The position numbers were made by a program, and so were the translations under genes. The notes below the pieces were generated by a model that saw nothing but the letters and a program-made list of their open reading frames with translations, had not been told where the DNA came from and did no database searches. A DNA stretch of 64,000 nucleotides from Magallana gigas (Eukaryota). Location: positions 53,196,001 through 53,260,000 of the forward strand of contig NC_088859.1 of NCBI RefSeq assembly GCF_963853765.1, written 5' to 3'. Position 1 is the first letter of the stretch; the number at the start of each line of letters is the position of its first letter. Shown here in pieces: positions 25,501 through 38,819 of this stretch.

Positions 25501-27289
25501 AGAAGGGCATATACTTGATCAGCTAGAACAACAAAACAGTCTGACTTATGGGAGGTGATCATAAAATGACTGAACCTTTTTTAAACTCATAGAGATGTGT
25601 GAGGAAATCAATGAGAAGCCCAACATATATGAAAAGTTTTGACCAAGCTAGTAAGGCACCTGTCATAAAATCAGTTGCCAGTGAGTTCAAAACCTAGTCA
25701 TCTCTTCTCCATCATCCCTAAATTCTCTATAAGTTCCCATTATACATACATATTCTTTATCCTTGAATTGATTTATCTTTGGTTTTGAATGTATCTTTTA
25801 CCACTGAAAATTAGTGCAAAAATCATAATCTGGCCACAAACTCACTCAATAATGCTTTCTATTAAATCAAAAGAGCACGAGAGGCTGCAGATGAATTAGG
25901 GAACTGACTTCTGATGTGTTTACTAAATCTAAGTGTACTGAGCCAACGTGTCAATATAAAGTCTCCTATATCAAACACTTGTCTTTTATCTGTAAATATT
26001 AACAGAGTAACAGATCCTTGTATATGTACAAGTCATTAGACAACCACTATGTTCAATGCTTGTCAATGCAGCCCACGTACTGTATAATCTGATTAGAATA
26101 AAAACAAAAACAATGGAATAGTTTAAGATCTGACAACCGGTCAAAGTCTTCACATAAAGGTAACACATCACGTGGCTGGCTTAATTAATCCTATTATTTG
26201 TGTGTGTTTTTAAAAATTAAATGGTTCCAGAGAGGTTGACAAACACCAGATGTTTCGATCTCCAAGACTTGGGGGGGAGATATCTAGGTTATCTGTCCCT
26301 CCTGCATTAGGATCTCTCGGTCTTGAAGCATGAGAGTAGTCCCCGGTCCCTCCCCAAAGAAGAGATTACAGTGTGACCTCATTTATCAAACTTAAGCCAA
26401 ACAATTCACTTTTGTACAACTCTTCATAGATAAAAATCTCAAAATGACATGATGTTAATATCACACAGACAAGTTGAGACAACACATACAGATCATGAAA
26501 TTCCACACATGTAAATTGATAAAAATAAAATTTATATAGATGATTATATATTTGTTATAATCTTGTAAAATGATATAAATTGCTTTCATATTCATATAAG
26601 TAATCAATAAATACTATGCATTATTTGATACAAAACTGTAGACTATATTCATTCGGTCATACTTAATCTTTTATTTTTTGAAATAATTGTAAATATTCTC
26701 TATTCGCAAAATTGAACATCTTTCTATTACCTGCATGTCATTATTTTTTAAAAATTGTTGTAATAATCTTACAAAGACAAGAATGACAAGAATCTCAATG
26801 AAAGATCTAATATGAATAAAAAACTAAATGCACTAAGTATTTTTTTTAATGAAATTTTAGTCAGTAACAAAATAGAAAACTAGCTATTTTCTAAATTAAT
26901 ATATTATAATGCAATGACTTACCTTTAAAAAATTGTTGCTGTATATCAAAAAGGCAAAACACTTTAAATTAATAGTAAGTTCGACATGCATAAAACAATT
27001 TTTAAATTTTGAAACTTCAGCAATTTAACATTCCTGCTTAAAGGGAGACTACTCTCTGTAACTAACTGCCTTACAGAGTTCAGCTTATTCTGGGTCATTA
27101 GATGAAATCATATATCAAAAAAGTTCTTATTATATCATATTATATATTGTAGTTATGAAAATTCAATTTTTAAGTAAATAAAGAAAACTGTGTGTGTAAA
27201 TAAAATGGAAATAATTAAATTTACATGTATATTAAGATGTGTTAGGAGGAAAATGTAAATGCTTCATCAGAAATCATTACTTCAGACCA

Positions 27290-27720
27290 CAGGGACAGAT
27301 CCAGGATTTTTTTCCAGTTGGGATTTACCCCTTCCTTCCCACTCCTGATTTTTTTCCAGTTGGGATCTACCTTTTCCTTTTTACTCCTGCTTTGTTTTCC
27401 TGTTGAAATCTACACTTTCCTTTGCCCTTCTGATTTTTTTTCCATCTGGGAACTACCCTTTCCTTTTCACTCCTGATTTGTTTTCCTGTTGAAATCTACA
27501 CTTTCCTTCCCACTTATAAATTTCTTTTCCCTTTCCTTCCCACTCCTAATTTGTTTAACCATCTGGGAACTATACCCTTTCCTTCCCACTCCTGATTTTT
27601 TTTTTTTCATCTGGGAACTACTGGGTACCTTCATTCCCACTCCTGATATTTTTTCCATCTGGGAACTACCCTTTCCTTCCCAATCCTGATTTTTTTTCCA
27701 GTTGAGATTTACCCTTTCCT
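27290..27720. repeat. ~42-bp pyrimidine-rich tandem repeat
   Basis: Recurrent TGGGAACTACCCTTTCCTTCCCACTCCTGATTTTTTTCCATC. Confidence 0.8.
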
Positions 27721-28297
27721 TCCTCCTCCTTCAGCAATATTCTTTTCATTCACCTTGAAAATATTTCTGGATGCACACAAATACCAAAATAAAAGTCTTA
27801 AAGCATTTCATCTCATGAAGGAGCAAATGGTAATCCATGATGCGAGTCTTTAATATACTAATAAACTTACTTTGTCTCAATTACTAAATATTAAGGTCTT
27901 TAGGTTAAGATCTACTAAATTAAAGTTCCCTACAGGTTTGTGAAATTCAAGACATGAGTTCTTTCAATGATGCTTCATAACAATACCTTTGTTTGATTTG
28001 TTAATGATGATCGAGATATATATTAATTAGAAAGCCTTTTTAAAAAGGAAGTCTATAGCTTTAATCTATCATACACTTAAAACAATTTGAATGTATGAGC
28101 TATAAATTTTGACATTTTTCTATTTTTTTGATACAGAATTCTTCCTCTCAAGGAAATAAAATAGTCTTTATTTGACCAAAACCATCCAGCCTCTCTTTAT
28201 TAAAGATATACAATGTACATTTACCTATATCTATATACCATTATTATTGTATGACTCTGCTGGGGTTTGAAATTCATCACTCCACAATCATGTTTAA

Positions 28298-28639
28298 GGT
28301 GGCTCATTACACCTAGAAATAATTTCTCAAATCAGCAGAAAATTACTTGATTATGATAGATATCATAATGGATAAGACTAGTATTCAAATCAAATAGGCA
28401 AAGAAATGTGCAATTTTAGATGAAAAATTTCGAAAATTTAATTCAGTAAACATGAACAAAAGCTCAAGGCGGATTCGAACTCATGATCTGCGGTTCCGAA
28501 GCCCAATACTTTAACCACTGAGCTACGACAATATACAATACAACTCAATCAAACGATATAAACAATTTAACGAAACATTTAAATTGCCATCTTGTGACGT
28601 AGTGTCTTAAAAGTGCAAGTCTAGGTGTAGTGAGGTACC
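28298..28639. mobile_element. TTAA-flanked MITE (Kolobok-like, purine termini) carrying a tRNA-like cassette
   Basis: TTAA|GGTGGCTCATTACACCTAGA ... TCTAGGTGTAGTGAGGTACC|TTAA; minus-strand A box TAGCTCAGTGG and B box GAGTTCGAATC within ~28462-28530. Confidence 0.75.
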
Positions 28640-29877
28640 TTAAGTGGCAACCCTGCACTACCATAACTAGAAAGAAATCTCACAAAGCTGAAGAACTCCA
28701 TCACATGAAATTAACATGCATTGAAATCACTTTTCTTGCAAGGAAAACACAAGGACCATGACTCATAAACTAGTTTCTTAAGCTTTAATGTTTTTTTTTA
28801 ATTAACTTTTTTTTCTTTTTTCTTTTTTTATATACACTGCTACAAAACCACAACCTTCACTGCCATCTAATCCATATAACCCCAGCACTGACCAAACAAG
28901 AGCATTACACATGTCAGAAAAAAATTTACACTGTGTTCAAGTGAATAAAATCTAATCAAACATACCTATACATCAATCAATCTAATGCATACACTTCAAA
29001 AAGCACATTCTAAGACCTAAAGGTCGAGAGATAACATTTGGTCAGAAAACTACCAAACATCTTTTTATAATGAGGTAGAAGTTTCATTAACATTCTATCA
29101 CATTTATACATACCAAGAGGGTATATAGAACGATTCTGGTCCAATAGTACTCTGTTTGTATACAGCTGTTTGATAAGGTTCAGTAACTTTATCAACGAGC
29201 TTGTGAGTGACTTAAGATAAAGTAAACTCTCGTCTAGATCTACTTCTAACTTAGAGGTAACCTATACGCTAAGATCAATGGAAAATTGGCGCACACTGAA
29301 TTATCATTACATCATGGTATGTCCTAATCAATGCGCTCAACATTTAATCACTGAAAATTAATAGAGGATAATATCTATGAATTTTCTTTATCATTAATGA
29401 ACAATGCCTACATATTATGACTACATGTTTATTTTACAGGTAATTAACAATTAATGATTATGTGTGTTAGTTTGCATCTGCACATCATTGTTATCTGCTG
29501 GTAGATCTATGCTGTGGAGCACTGATCTCAAGAAGGAGAGTAATATACAGCTGTACTAGCAGGTACAGTTAATGTTTCATTTGCGGGACACCTAAATACT
29601 GCTAGTGGACTATTTGAGACTTTAGATCATATCACAAGTATGGGAGCATAGACTTAGAGTAAAGAGTTTTACCATTTAGAACAGCATCTGAAACTGTGGT
29701 TTCAGATCAAGTGCTGAAACTTGTTAAAGGATAGCTTAAGGAAAATAACTTAAATTGGGAATGAAAATTGTTTTTTATTTGATTTATATCTTTTAATAGT
29801 CATTATTTTTTCCAATCATTTAGAAATGTAGGTAACATTTAAGAAAAATCAATGTCCGTTGCCTGAACCCACATCTA

Positions 29878-30978
29878 TGGTGTTCCGATGGGGCCACTTC
29901 TACCTTCGCACTTTCACCTTTAGGTCGAGGTGCGAGAATGCGAAGTTGCGACGGCGAAAGTGCGAAGGTGAAGGACCGAAAGTGCAACAGTGAAGCGGGA
30001 AGATGTGACGACGAAATCGAGAAGTTGCGAAGGCGAAGGAGCGATACTACTATCGCTCCTTTGCCATCGCAACTTCGCACTCTTGCCTTTGCATCTTCGC
30101 GCTGTCGCCTTCGCCTTTTTATTATTGTGGAGCTCTCTATCGCTTAGCTGTATAAAAGGACATCTGAGGCAGACGGTGAACTTTTTGAGAATATATTTAC
30201 AACAGCCTACGCAGATCCTACTTTTTTTAGGGGGGGGGGGGGGATAACTATATATTTGTCGGGGGGGGGGGGGGGGGGGGGGGTTCGTGGGGTTCTGAGA
30301 CATATTTTTGGGATTTCATTACATATAATTAATAAAATTAAATTTTCCGGACCCTCTCTCCCCCTTTACTGCATGTGTGAAGTCATTAATATTGAATTTT
30401 CCGGTGGGGCGACCCCCCCCTCTAGATCCATACATGAGCAAGGAGTGTTGCATAATGAAATTAGAATGTTACTGTGTTTGATCCACGGTAAACGGACAGC
30501 TGGTAAGTGACAGGAGTCTGGAAGTGCATATGTGTACATTATGGCGGACATTACATTTAATGTGGAGTATATAATGATTAGGCATAGCCAGCACTGGTAC
30601 ACATATTTGTCAAATATATATACATATTTATAAACCTTCATAGTCAGCACAATGGCCTAGCGCATGCGTACCAATAATATCATGGATTAATCAGAAAACC
30701 TTGGCGAGTACGGTGCCTGCATCAAATGTTATCGACCGAGACCTTCTGAATGCTATAAAAAAAAAAAGGCGAATGTGCGAAGTTGCGAAGGCGAGAGTGT
30801 AAAGTTGTGATAGTAGTATCGCTTCTTCGCCTTCACATTTTCGCCATCTCATCTTCGCGCTTTACCGTTGCATCTTTGCAGTTTCGCTTTCGCACTTTCA
30901 CCTTCTCAACTTCGCACTCTCGCATCTTTGACCTAAAGGCGAAAGTGCGAAGGTCGAAGTGGCCCCATCGGAACACCA
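29878..30978. mobile_element. TA-flanked element with ~200-bp imperfect TIRs and an unrelated interior
   Basis: TA|TGGTGTTCCGATGGGGCCACTTC ... GAAGTGGCCCCATCGGAACACCA|TA; arms rich in TTCGC/GCGAA repeats. Confidence 0.75.
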
Positions 30979-31529
30979 TACACATCACACGTAAGCGTTA
31001 CACTTGTAATTGGTCTCTGACCCACCTCACAAGTTGTGGTATGATGCCAAACAAGGTGCACTTTAAAATAAACAATTTACGGGTGCAGGATAAAAACAGC
31101 ATTAGCTTGGATGTTTTTATTGTTAAAACGATGTCCATGGCTAGATTATGCTTCTTATACTGATGCATTAAATACAAGAGTCACTTCTGTTATACTTCAA
31201 ACAAGCAAAAGGGCTAATGTGATAATCTGTAAATAAATTCAACCAAGTAAGCAGTGGAAAGCTTGGTTTGGGACTCTAGAAAACTTTTCACATTAGAGAC
31301 AATAGTTTACACCTCATATTAATTATAAAGACGCTATTTTTCAACCAGTCAACGTCAAACATAAATCATGAGTTAAAGAATTTTTTTATGAAACATATAT
31401 CAAGAAGTTGGATCATAAATCACTTTTCTTTCCCCACAAAAAAGTGTTTAATTTACCTGCATTTAAATCTTTCGTACTCACAACTTTCAACTTTATTCTG
31501 CAGATGCTTGAAAAACGTTTGAGTGTACC

Positions 31530-31609
31530 TGATGAACAATTTTGCGCATGCGTTGTAAATCATAATAATCGCCATTTTCCTGGACACCTCTATTCGAGTT
31601 CGCAGAAAA
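31530..31609 (+). promoter_or_regulatory. Probable FCHO promoter/5' UTR
   Basis: NRF1-like GCGCATGCGT near 31545 and local CpG enrichment directly upstream of the ATG. Confidence 0.45.
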
Positions 31610-34600
31610 ATGACAGCATTTGCCGATCATTTTTGGGTAAGATTGTCGATGCAAAAGTGTAAAGTTAGAGAAAAGTAATTGTCAAGATATTTTATATTCA
31701 GGCTCTTCGTTTTATGATTTTGTTTACACAAAGGACAATAGGACATGCAGGAGATAAAGGGGGTGTAGCAGCTGCGTGCACTGTATATCATGTGTATTCT
31801 AAATATACTGTAATGATTAAAGCAACGTGACCCCAACTATTTATTGACAAGTCAAAAAATCGATTCTATCCTGCTATAGACTGATTTAGATCGACAATGA
31901 TATTCAGTGATGCTAATAAATTTAACACCAAACATTTTGTTTACGAATTTGAATATACTGAAAAAGCATCTTTTTACACTCGAAAGACATTGATAATAAT
32001 ACAGAGAAATTTTGTCAGTTTAAATTGGATAGCTTTATGTTGTTTGCAACATTTATAGTCACTGTAACTTTAATGTCAAATTGCATTTTCCAGGAACTGT
32101 TTCATGTCTAAAGAATGATGAATAATTTATAAAAGTATAATGTCATATAAAATATCAATAGCTATCAAACAAATTTTGAAATGTTGTGGAATTCTAATTG
32201 TAGGGGGAGAAAAACAATGGATTTTTTGTTTTGAACCATAATATGAAACAAGGGCAGATATCATCTAAAGAGTTTATAGAATTTCTCAGAGACAGGTAAG
32301 TGTATAGAGTTTATAGAATTTCTCAGAGACAGGTAAGTGTATTGATATGTTTTTAGAATGTACAGTATCATGCAATATGATGCAAATCTTATACATATTA
32401 CAGTCAAACCTCGTTATCGAGAACTAGATGGGACTGGTTAAAACCTACGAGATATCCGAGTATTCGAGATATCAAGGGTAAAATACTTAAAGTTTAGGCG
32501 TTTGGGACTTAAAAATCACTGACATATCCATTGTATTCGAGATATCGGTGTTCAAGATACCGAAGTTCAACTGTATTTTGCACAAATAGGTAAATAGGGT
32601 ATATGTAGGCAGCTTGTAGATCAATGTTTTAATTTTAGTCTCCATTTACATTTGAAATGGTAGTGAGTTAGCACCAAAAAACTTAGTTTATTTCATGTTT
32701 TTGCCTTTAATCTTAGGTATGTATGCAATTTTACAAACAACATTAATATGACATTTAGTTATGAGTTTCTTTTTGCATCAGATATGCTAATAGCATATTT
32801 TCTCTGAACCCGCAGGTTTGGACCCACAAGAAATATTTTCAATGAAGCAGTGGTTTATTTGTAGATTAAGATGTAAACTGTAAAAATTTTGAATTTTTTA
32901 AAATTATAGTCTTTTCAATTTAAGAGAGGATGTGTAATCTAATCTTAAAGTAAGGAGAAGGATTTATTTTTGGGATGTACAAACCTCTGAACCCAATGTC
33001 TTACTTATCAGTATAAAGAATAGCAGCTGGAATATGTAAATAATTTCAAACTAGTTCTTGATTCTTTGCCTACTAAGGAAATATTTTCATTAGTGATGAC
33101 TTGGAAAAATCAGATTAAAATAATCAGTATATTTTTTATTGTTATAATTTTTCATTTTCTTGGGTTTTTTTGCTTACAGTTGTTCGGTAGAAGAAGCTTA
33201 CAGTAAATTGTTGACCAAGTTATCAAAATCTGTCTCCAACAACACACATACAGGGTAAGTACCAGTGATAGCCTGACTTTGTTAGTGATGACAACGACCT
33301 GATTTACCTGACAGGTGAGCGATCAAGTTATGTGACCTATACTGCTGACTGGTGGAATGTATTTAGGTGTTTATAAATTTCATATGGTCCAACTCTTACA
33401 AACATGAATATAAGAATTAAATCAAAGTACTGAGGGGAGTTGATTTTATCAATTATCATTTATTTTAAAATCAACTAATCTTGCATGGCAATTAGTTTCT
33501 AGTCTGTATTTTTTTATTATATGAATTTTTAGACTTTTCCGACAAGAAAAGCGAGAAATCCCATATGAATCATGATGTGTAGTATTTAAAGATAGATTTC
33601 AAACTATGTATTAGTAATCGAAACAATTCTAAAAATCGTACGGATCCAAGCACTATTGATATCGAACTCTAGTCTTGTTCAACCAGACGCTTAGCTGTCT
33701 CCGTTAATCTCCGACAAGCAAGAGCCTCTCTGCTTGTCGGAGATTTACAGAGACAGCCGAGCGTCTGGTTGAACGAAACTTTATTACACTCTGGTGTAGG
33801 AACACATGAGACTATAAAATATCTAAATTGTTTGTATTATATAAAATCTGACTATTTTCAAAGTGTTTTTAGATAAGTTTCCTTGAAAAACAATGCTTCA
33901 GCATACATTACATTGAATTTTTATATTATTTTCAAGAACTAAGTCTTGTAAGCGGTGATGATTTGTGCTTAGGTCCAAACACTGTTTCACTTTCGGTTTG
34001 CCAGAGTAACTGCATAGGAGAGTTGATTAAAATCAACTCCCAAAAATAGATTTTATTTATGCAGATTCATGAGGTAATGAACTACATTGGTTTAAACTGG
34101 CATATATTTCATGGAATGCTAGCACCAGTATAAAAGCAATGAAAGTTGTTCATCACTTCATGAATTTGCAAACATTAAATTAAATTAACATTATATTTTT
34201 ATCATACACAATAATGCATCATTCAGGCATAGCCTCGTGATGGTCATTGTGACATCACTAATACGACCTCTTGTCCTGATCAAAAAATTATTCAGATATG
34301 CCTTCGTTCTTCAGTAAGTTCCTAAAAGGACATATATTTGCATGCAATGTAAAGATTTCACATGATGCTGAATATCTTTTCTTTTTCAGCACATTTGCTC
34401 CCTTTTGGAATGTGTTGAAGACACTTGCTGAAAAGATTTCTATGCTGCATCTTCAACTGGTGCACTCGTTGAACGACCTGATAAAGGATGTGGGTCGATA
34501 TAATGACGAACAAAGCAAAAAGAATAAAACGGTATGTAGCTGTGAGCTAGAGGTGAACAGGTCAGTTTAAGCGAAAAGATAATTTGAAACGTAGTAATCT

Positions 34601-35687
34601 GTTATTGTTAATAAATATTGATTATTGTTAATAAATATTGATAAGTAATGTTCGGTTAAATCCACATGCTGCAGAAGGGAGTATTAAATAATATAAGTAA
34701 GGGTGTCATGTTAAAGAAAGCCAAGAAATGCTACATGTATATTTTGTGATGCTATAGAAAGGAGGGTTGCAAAAAAAATATGTGGTTATTATCTATAGAT
34801 ATAACAAGCTAGTTGTGAGTTCTGTGTTGTCATTTCTGATTGATTGTTTCCAGGTAAAAGAAAAAGAAGCTAGTACCCTGGAGACAGTGAACAGTATTCA
34901 GCACACAACAACTGCCCTCCACAAGGTAGGTTAATTTACTGGGCTATGGGAAACAGCTACTGTAAATTCATAATTAAACACGAGGAATTAATATCCGGGT
35001 AAAATAGCGAGAAGCCCGTCTCACGAATTTTCAAATCTCGCTTTTAATTTTCAAACATATGTAAACTACATAAAACCATGATAAAATTTTCGACATTCGC
35101 GATTTTATGTTCTCGCCATTTGATGGAAAACCGTTGAATCGCTGAAATAAGTACTCGCGTAAATTAAGGAATCTACAGTATTTCTTGCATTATCACCACT
35201 GTGAGATCCATTTGTCCCGTGTGAGATTTTTCTGTAAACAAGTATTGTATGCTTTAAGAAAATGATAAATTATGGAATAAGCTAATCCATTAAGTAATTG
35301 TTTTGCTAAGTTGATTACAATTTTTGCTTATTTTCATTATAAAAAATGTTTATGTGCTCTCTTCTTGACTTGCACTATATGTAATGCGTGGAATAATAAA
35401 TAGAAAGTAAACTTTGAATGTCAGAACAGAAAGTTGTTAGACATTGTTTTTTAATGTGAAATAATGTGATAAAAATAATCATTCATTATATACTCATGTT
35501 AGATAGTGAAATTCCACCTAGAGGTCAAGATTCCAGGTCTAAAAATTCCACCTCTGGGCCAAGATTGACGGTCTAGGACTACTGTGAATCTTGTCCCCTT
35601 AGTGGAATTTCACTATCCTGAATGATTCTATTAGTACCAGGTCATGGGAGACAACTGGTCCAAGCTTAATTGCACTGGACCATGTAA

Positions 35688-35723
<36 letters not shown>

Positions 35724-35853
35724 ATTCTGATCACTTTTTGTCCGTCGTCCGTCTGTCCGTCCGTCCGTCCGTCCGTCCGTCTGTCCGTCTGTCCGTCTGT
35801 CTGTCCGTCTGTAAACTTTTTACATTTTGAACTTCTTCTCTAAAACCGCTTAT

Positions 35854-35885
<32 letters not shown>

Positions 35886-38781
35886 TTATGGGAGGGCGAA
35901 TATAAATTGCAGAAATAAAAGTCCGATCTGTATTCAAAGCGGAGAAAACCTTGAAACTGTAGAAAAAGGGGGGTGCATTTTTTAAAATCTTCTTCTCAAG
36001 AACTACTGATTCCAATTCAACGTAGTTTAGCATAAATTATCCTTATGGGAAGGAAAATATAAATTGCAAAAATTAAGGTCTAATACTGTTTCAAATCTGA
36101 GTTATTACGAAAATAATAATAAAGGAAAAGTTTAATAGCCTCGGATTCGGCATCCGGTAAAATGGGTAGACAAGACTTGGCCTGGGCAAAACAAAAGAAA
36201 AGCAGTTATTAATCTGCCAATCTCATTAAAATTTCAGGATATTTGATGGACCAGTATATTTGTATTTGCTGTAAATATTGCTGCAAAATAATGCGTATTT
36301 GGAATTGACGATTGCCGATCTGCCCCGGCTTTTATTTTGCCACGGCCCGGTTTTGCTTACCCATTTTACCAAGACTCGTATTCCATACTTCTAAAACGAG
36401 GTTCTTTGTTTAAAGCAGCCATGACATTATACGAAAAAGGGTCGATCTGACTATGATGAATTTGCTTGTTGTGCAACAGTTCGCGTATGAAGGGAAATTT
36501 TTGAAACATGAAAAATATATTGGTGCCGATTTTGTGAAGTAAATTGAGGCTAAATATTTCAATGCGTTGACAGTTTTCACACATGACGTTGATGTTAGCT
36601 TGTTCTGATTTTCGTTTCGTTTTCATTATTTATGCTTTGTAACCTGGAAACTGTCGTCTGTATTTCGTGATTTTTACGTATCAAATCAAACAGAGACTTC
36701 GGTAAATCAAACAGTTACGTTAACTGTTTACCTGCGCAAATTAAGCAAAATCTGATGTAGGAGTACTGAAATACAATTCATTCTATCGGTAATTCGGCAT
36801 TATTTTTTGCGTAATGGTAGATTAATGCAATAGGTTTTTGTTAAGATGCTCGGCATTTTTTCTAGTTTATTCAGTTTAAATAGAGTTTGATATCGCTTAC
36901 GGAAATATGTAGGTATATACATGTATATATATGATTCATTTCGAAAAAATAAATTGTGTTCTTTATTTGTTATACATGTAGTGCATGTTTCTTGTGTTTA
37001 ATTGTTAACAATTTCTATTTACTAACCATTTTTGAGTGTTTGCTTCGAATTATAAGCAAGATACAGAGAATTGCTAGCAATTCTATGTTTGTACACAGAT
37101 CTTAAAAGCTAAAGATTAAATCAAAGTACTGATAGTACTGAAAAGCGCTAACCCAGCTTCTGTATGTATATAACAGATATATGTATATAGCATTTCAGCT
37201 TCTGTATACGCACTATATTTCCTCATCACTGCATGACAGTCCCTGCAATGATGTATGTAAGCCCCGTACATTAATTTCACAATAACCCGTAAATTAGATT
37301 CACAATAGCCGGTGCAGTTATGTGCATAAACCTCTGAAACTGGTTCCCTAACCAGTTTAAATGATGTATACTTTTGCTTAGAGGGGGCGGTTATTCGATG
37401 CAGCGGAAGTTGAAGTCTAACGACAATAAAGGGCTGAGCTATGCTTAGCGCTTTAAAAAGTAAAATAATTGTCAATATTTATTACGAAAATTTTCAAAAT
37501 CTGTTCTTCCAGAAACCAACTTATTGAATTGTAAACTTAACCTTTTTGTGAGAATGGGGCCACAATGGGGGGTCGAAGTTTAACACATTAATATATAGAG
37601 TAAATCTTTAGAAATCCTCTTCTCAGAAACTAATCGGCCAGGAAAGCTGAAACTTGTGTGGAAGCATCCTCAGGTAGTGTAGATTCAAAGATGTGAAAAT
37701 CATGACCCCTGGGGATAGGGTGGGGCCACAATGGAGGGTCGAAGTTTAACATATGAATATAAAAAGTAAATCTTTAAAAATCTTCTTCTCAGAAACTAAT
37801 TGGCCAGGAAAGCTGACACTTGTGTGGATGCATCCTTATGTAGTGAAGATTCAAATTTGTGAAAATCATGACCCCCGGGGGTAGGTTTGGGCCACAATGG
37901 GAGATCGACGTTTTACATAGGAATATACACAGTTAATCTTTAAAAATCTTCTTCTCAGAAACTAATCAGCCAGGAAAGCTGACACTTGTGTGGATGCATC
38001 CTCAGGTAGTGGAGATTCAAAGTTGTGAAAATCATGACCCCTGGGGGTAGGTTGGGGCCACAATGGGGGATTGAAGTTAAACATATGATTATATACAGTA
38101 AATCTTTAAAAATCTTCTTCTCAGAAACTAATTAGCCAGGAAAGCTAAAACTTGTGTGGAAGCATCCTCAGTTAGTGTAGATTCAAATTTGTGAAAAGCA
38201 TGACCCCTGGGGGTAGGTTTGGGCCACGATGGGAGGTCGATGTTTTACATAGGAATAAACAGAGTCATCTTTAAAAATCTTCTTCTTAGAAACTTATCAG
38301 CCAGGAAAGCTGGAACTTGTGTGAAAGCATCCTCAGGTAGTGTAGATTCAAAGTTGTGAAAATAATGATCCCCAGGGGTAGGGTGGGGCCACAATGGGGG
38401 GGGGTCAAAGTTTAACAAAGGAATTTATAGGGTAAATCTTTAAAAATCTTCTCAGAAACTAATCAGCCAGATGATTCTTTATAATTGTTAAGACTTTGGC
38501 CTCAGGACAATTCTTTGGCCTCACGAGAAGGTTGAGAGTTTACTGTACGTTTATATCCCATATATAAACTATTGTTAGGGATCTTTTTGAGAACTGCAAT
38601 ACTCAACACATGATATGACTATAAAATCATCCTGTTAGAAAAGGGACTAATGATTATAAACATTAGAATATCCAGGGGAAAATGGATTTTATTTATACAG
38701 GATTTACATGAATTATTGTATGATTGTCCAGATAGTTTGTATTATGACTCCATTGAGCTGATTTTATCATACCTATTGTTC

Positions 38782-38819
<38 letters not shown>

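Larger units (their letters stand above)
35688..38816 (+). mobile_element. HINE (non-autonomous Helentron-type element) in FCHO intron 5, with internal satellite array and ~1.4-kb insert
   Basis: T-rich 5' end with subterminal repeat AGCTCACCTGAG, inverted copy CTCAGGTGAGCG at 38782-38793, (GTCC)n microsatellite ~35741-35810, 3' palindrome GGCCCATGGGCC followed by TCTTGTT. Confidence 0.85.

Noticed and set aside
29820-31163. Arg/Ser-rich and poly-Pro/Gly ORFs
   Set aside because: Derived from TIR arms and G homopolymers; no transposase motifs.
36366-37475. 86-aa and 119-aa minus-strand ORFs as transposase or RT remnants
   Set aside because: No recognisable RT, endonuclease, Rep/helicase or DDE motif.
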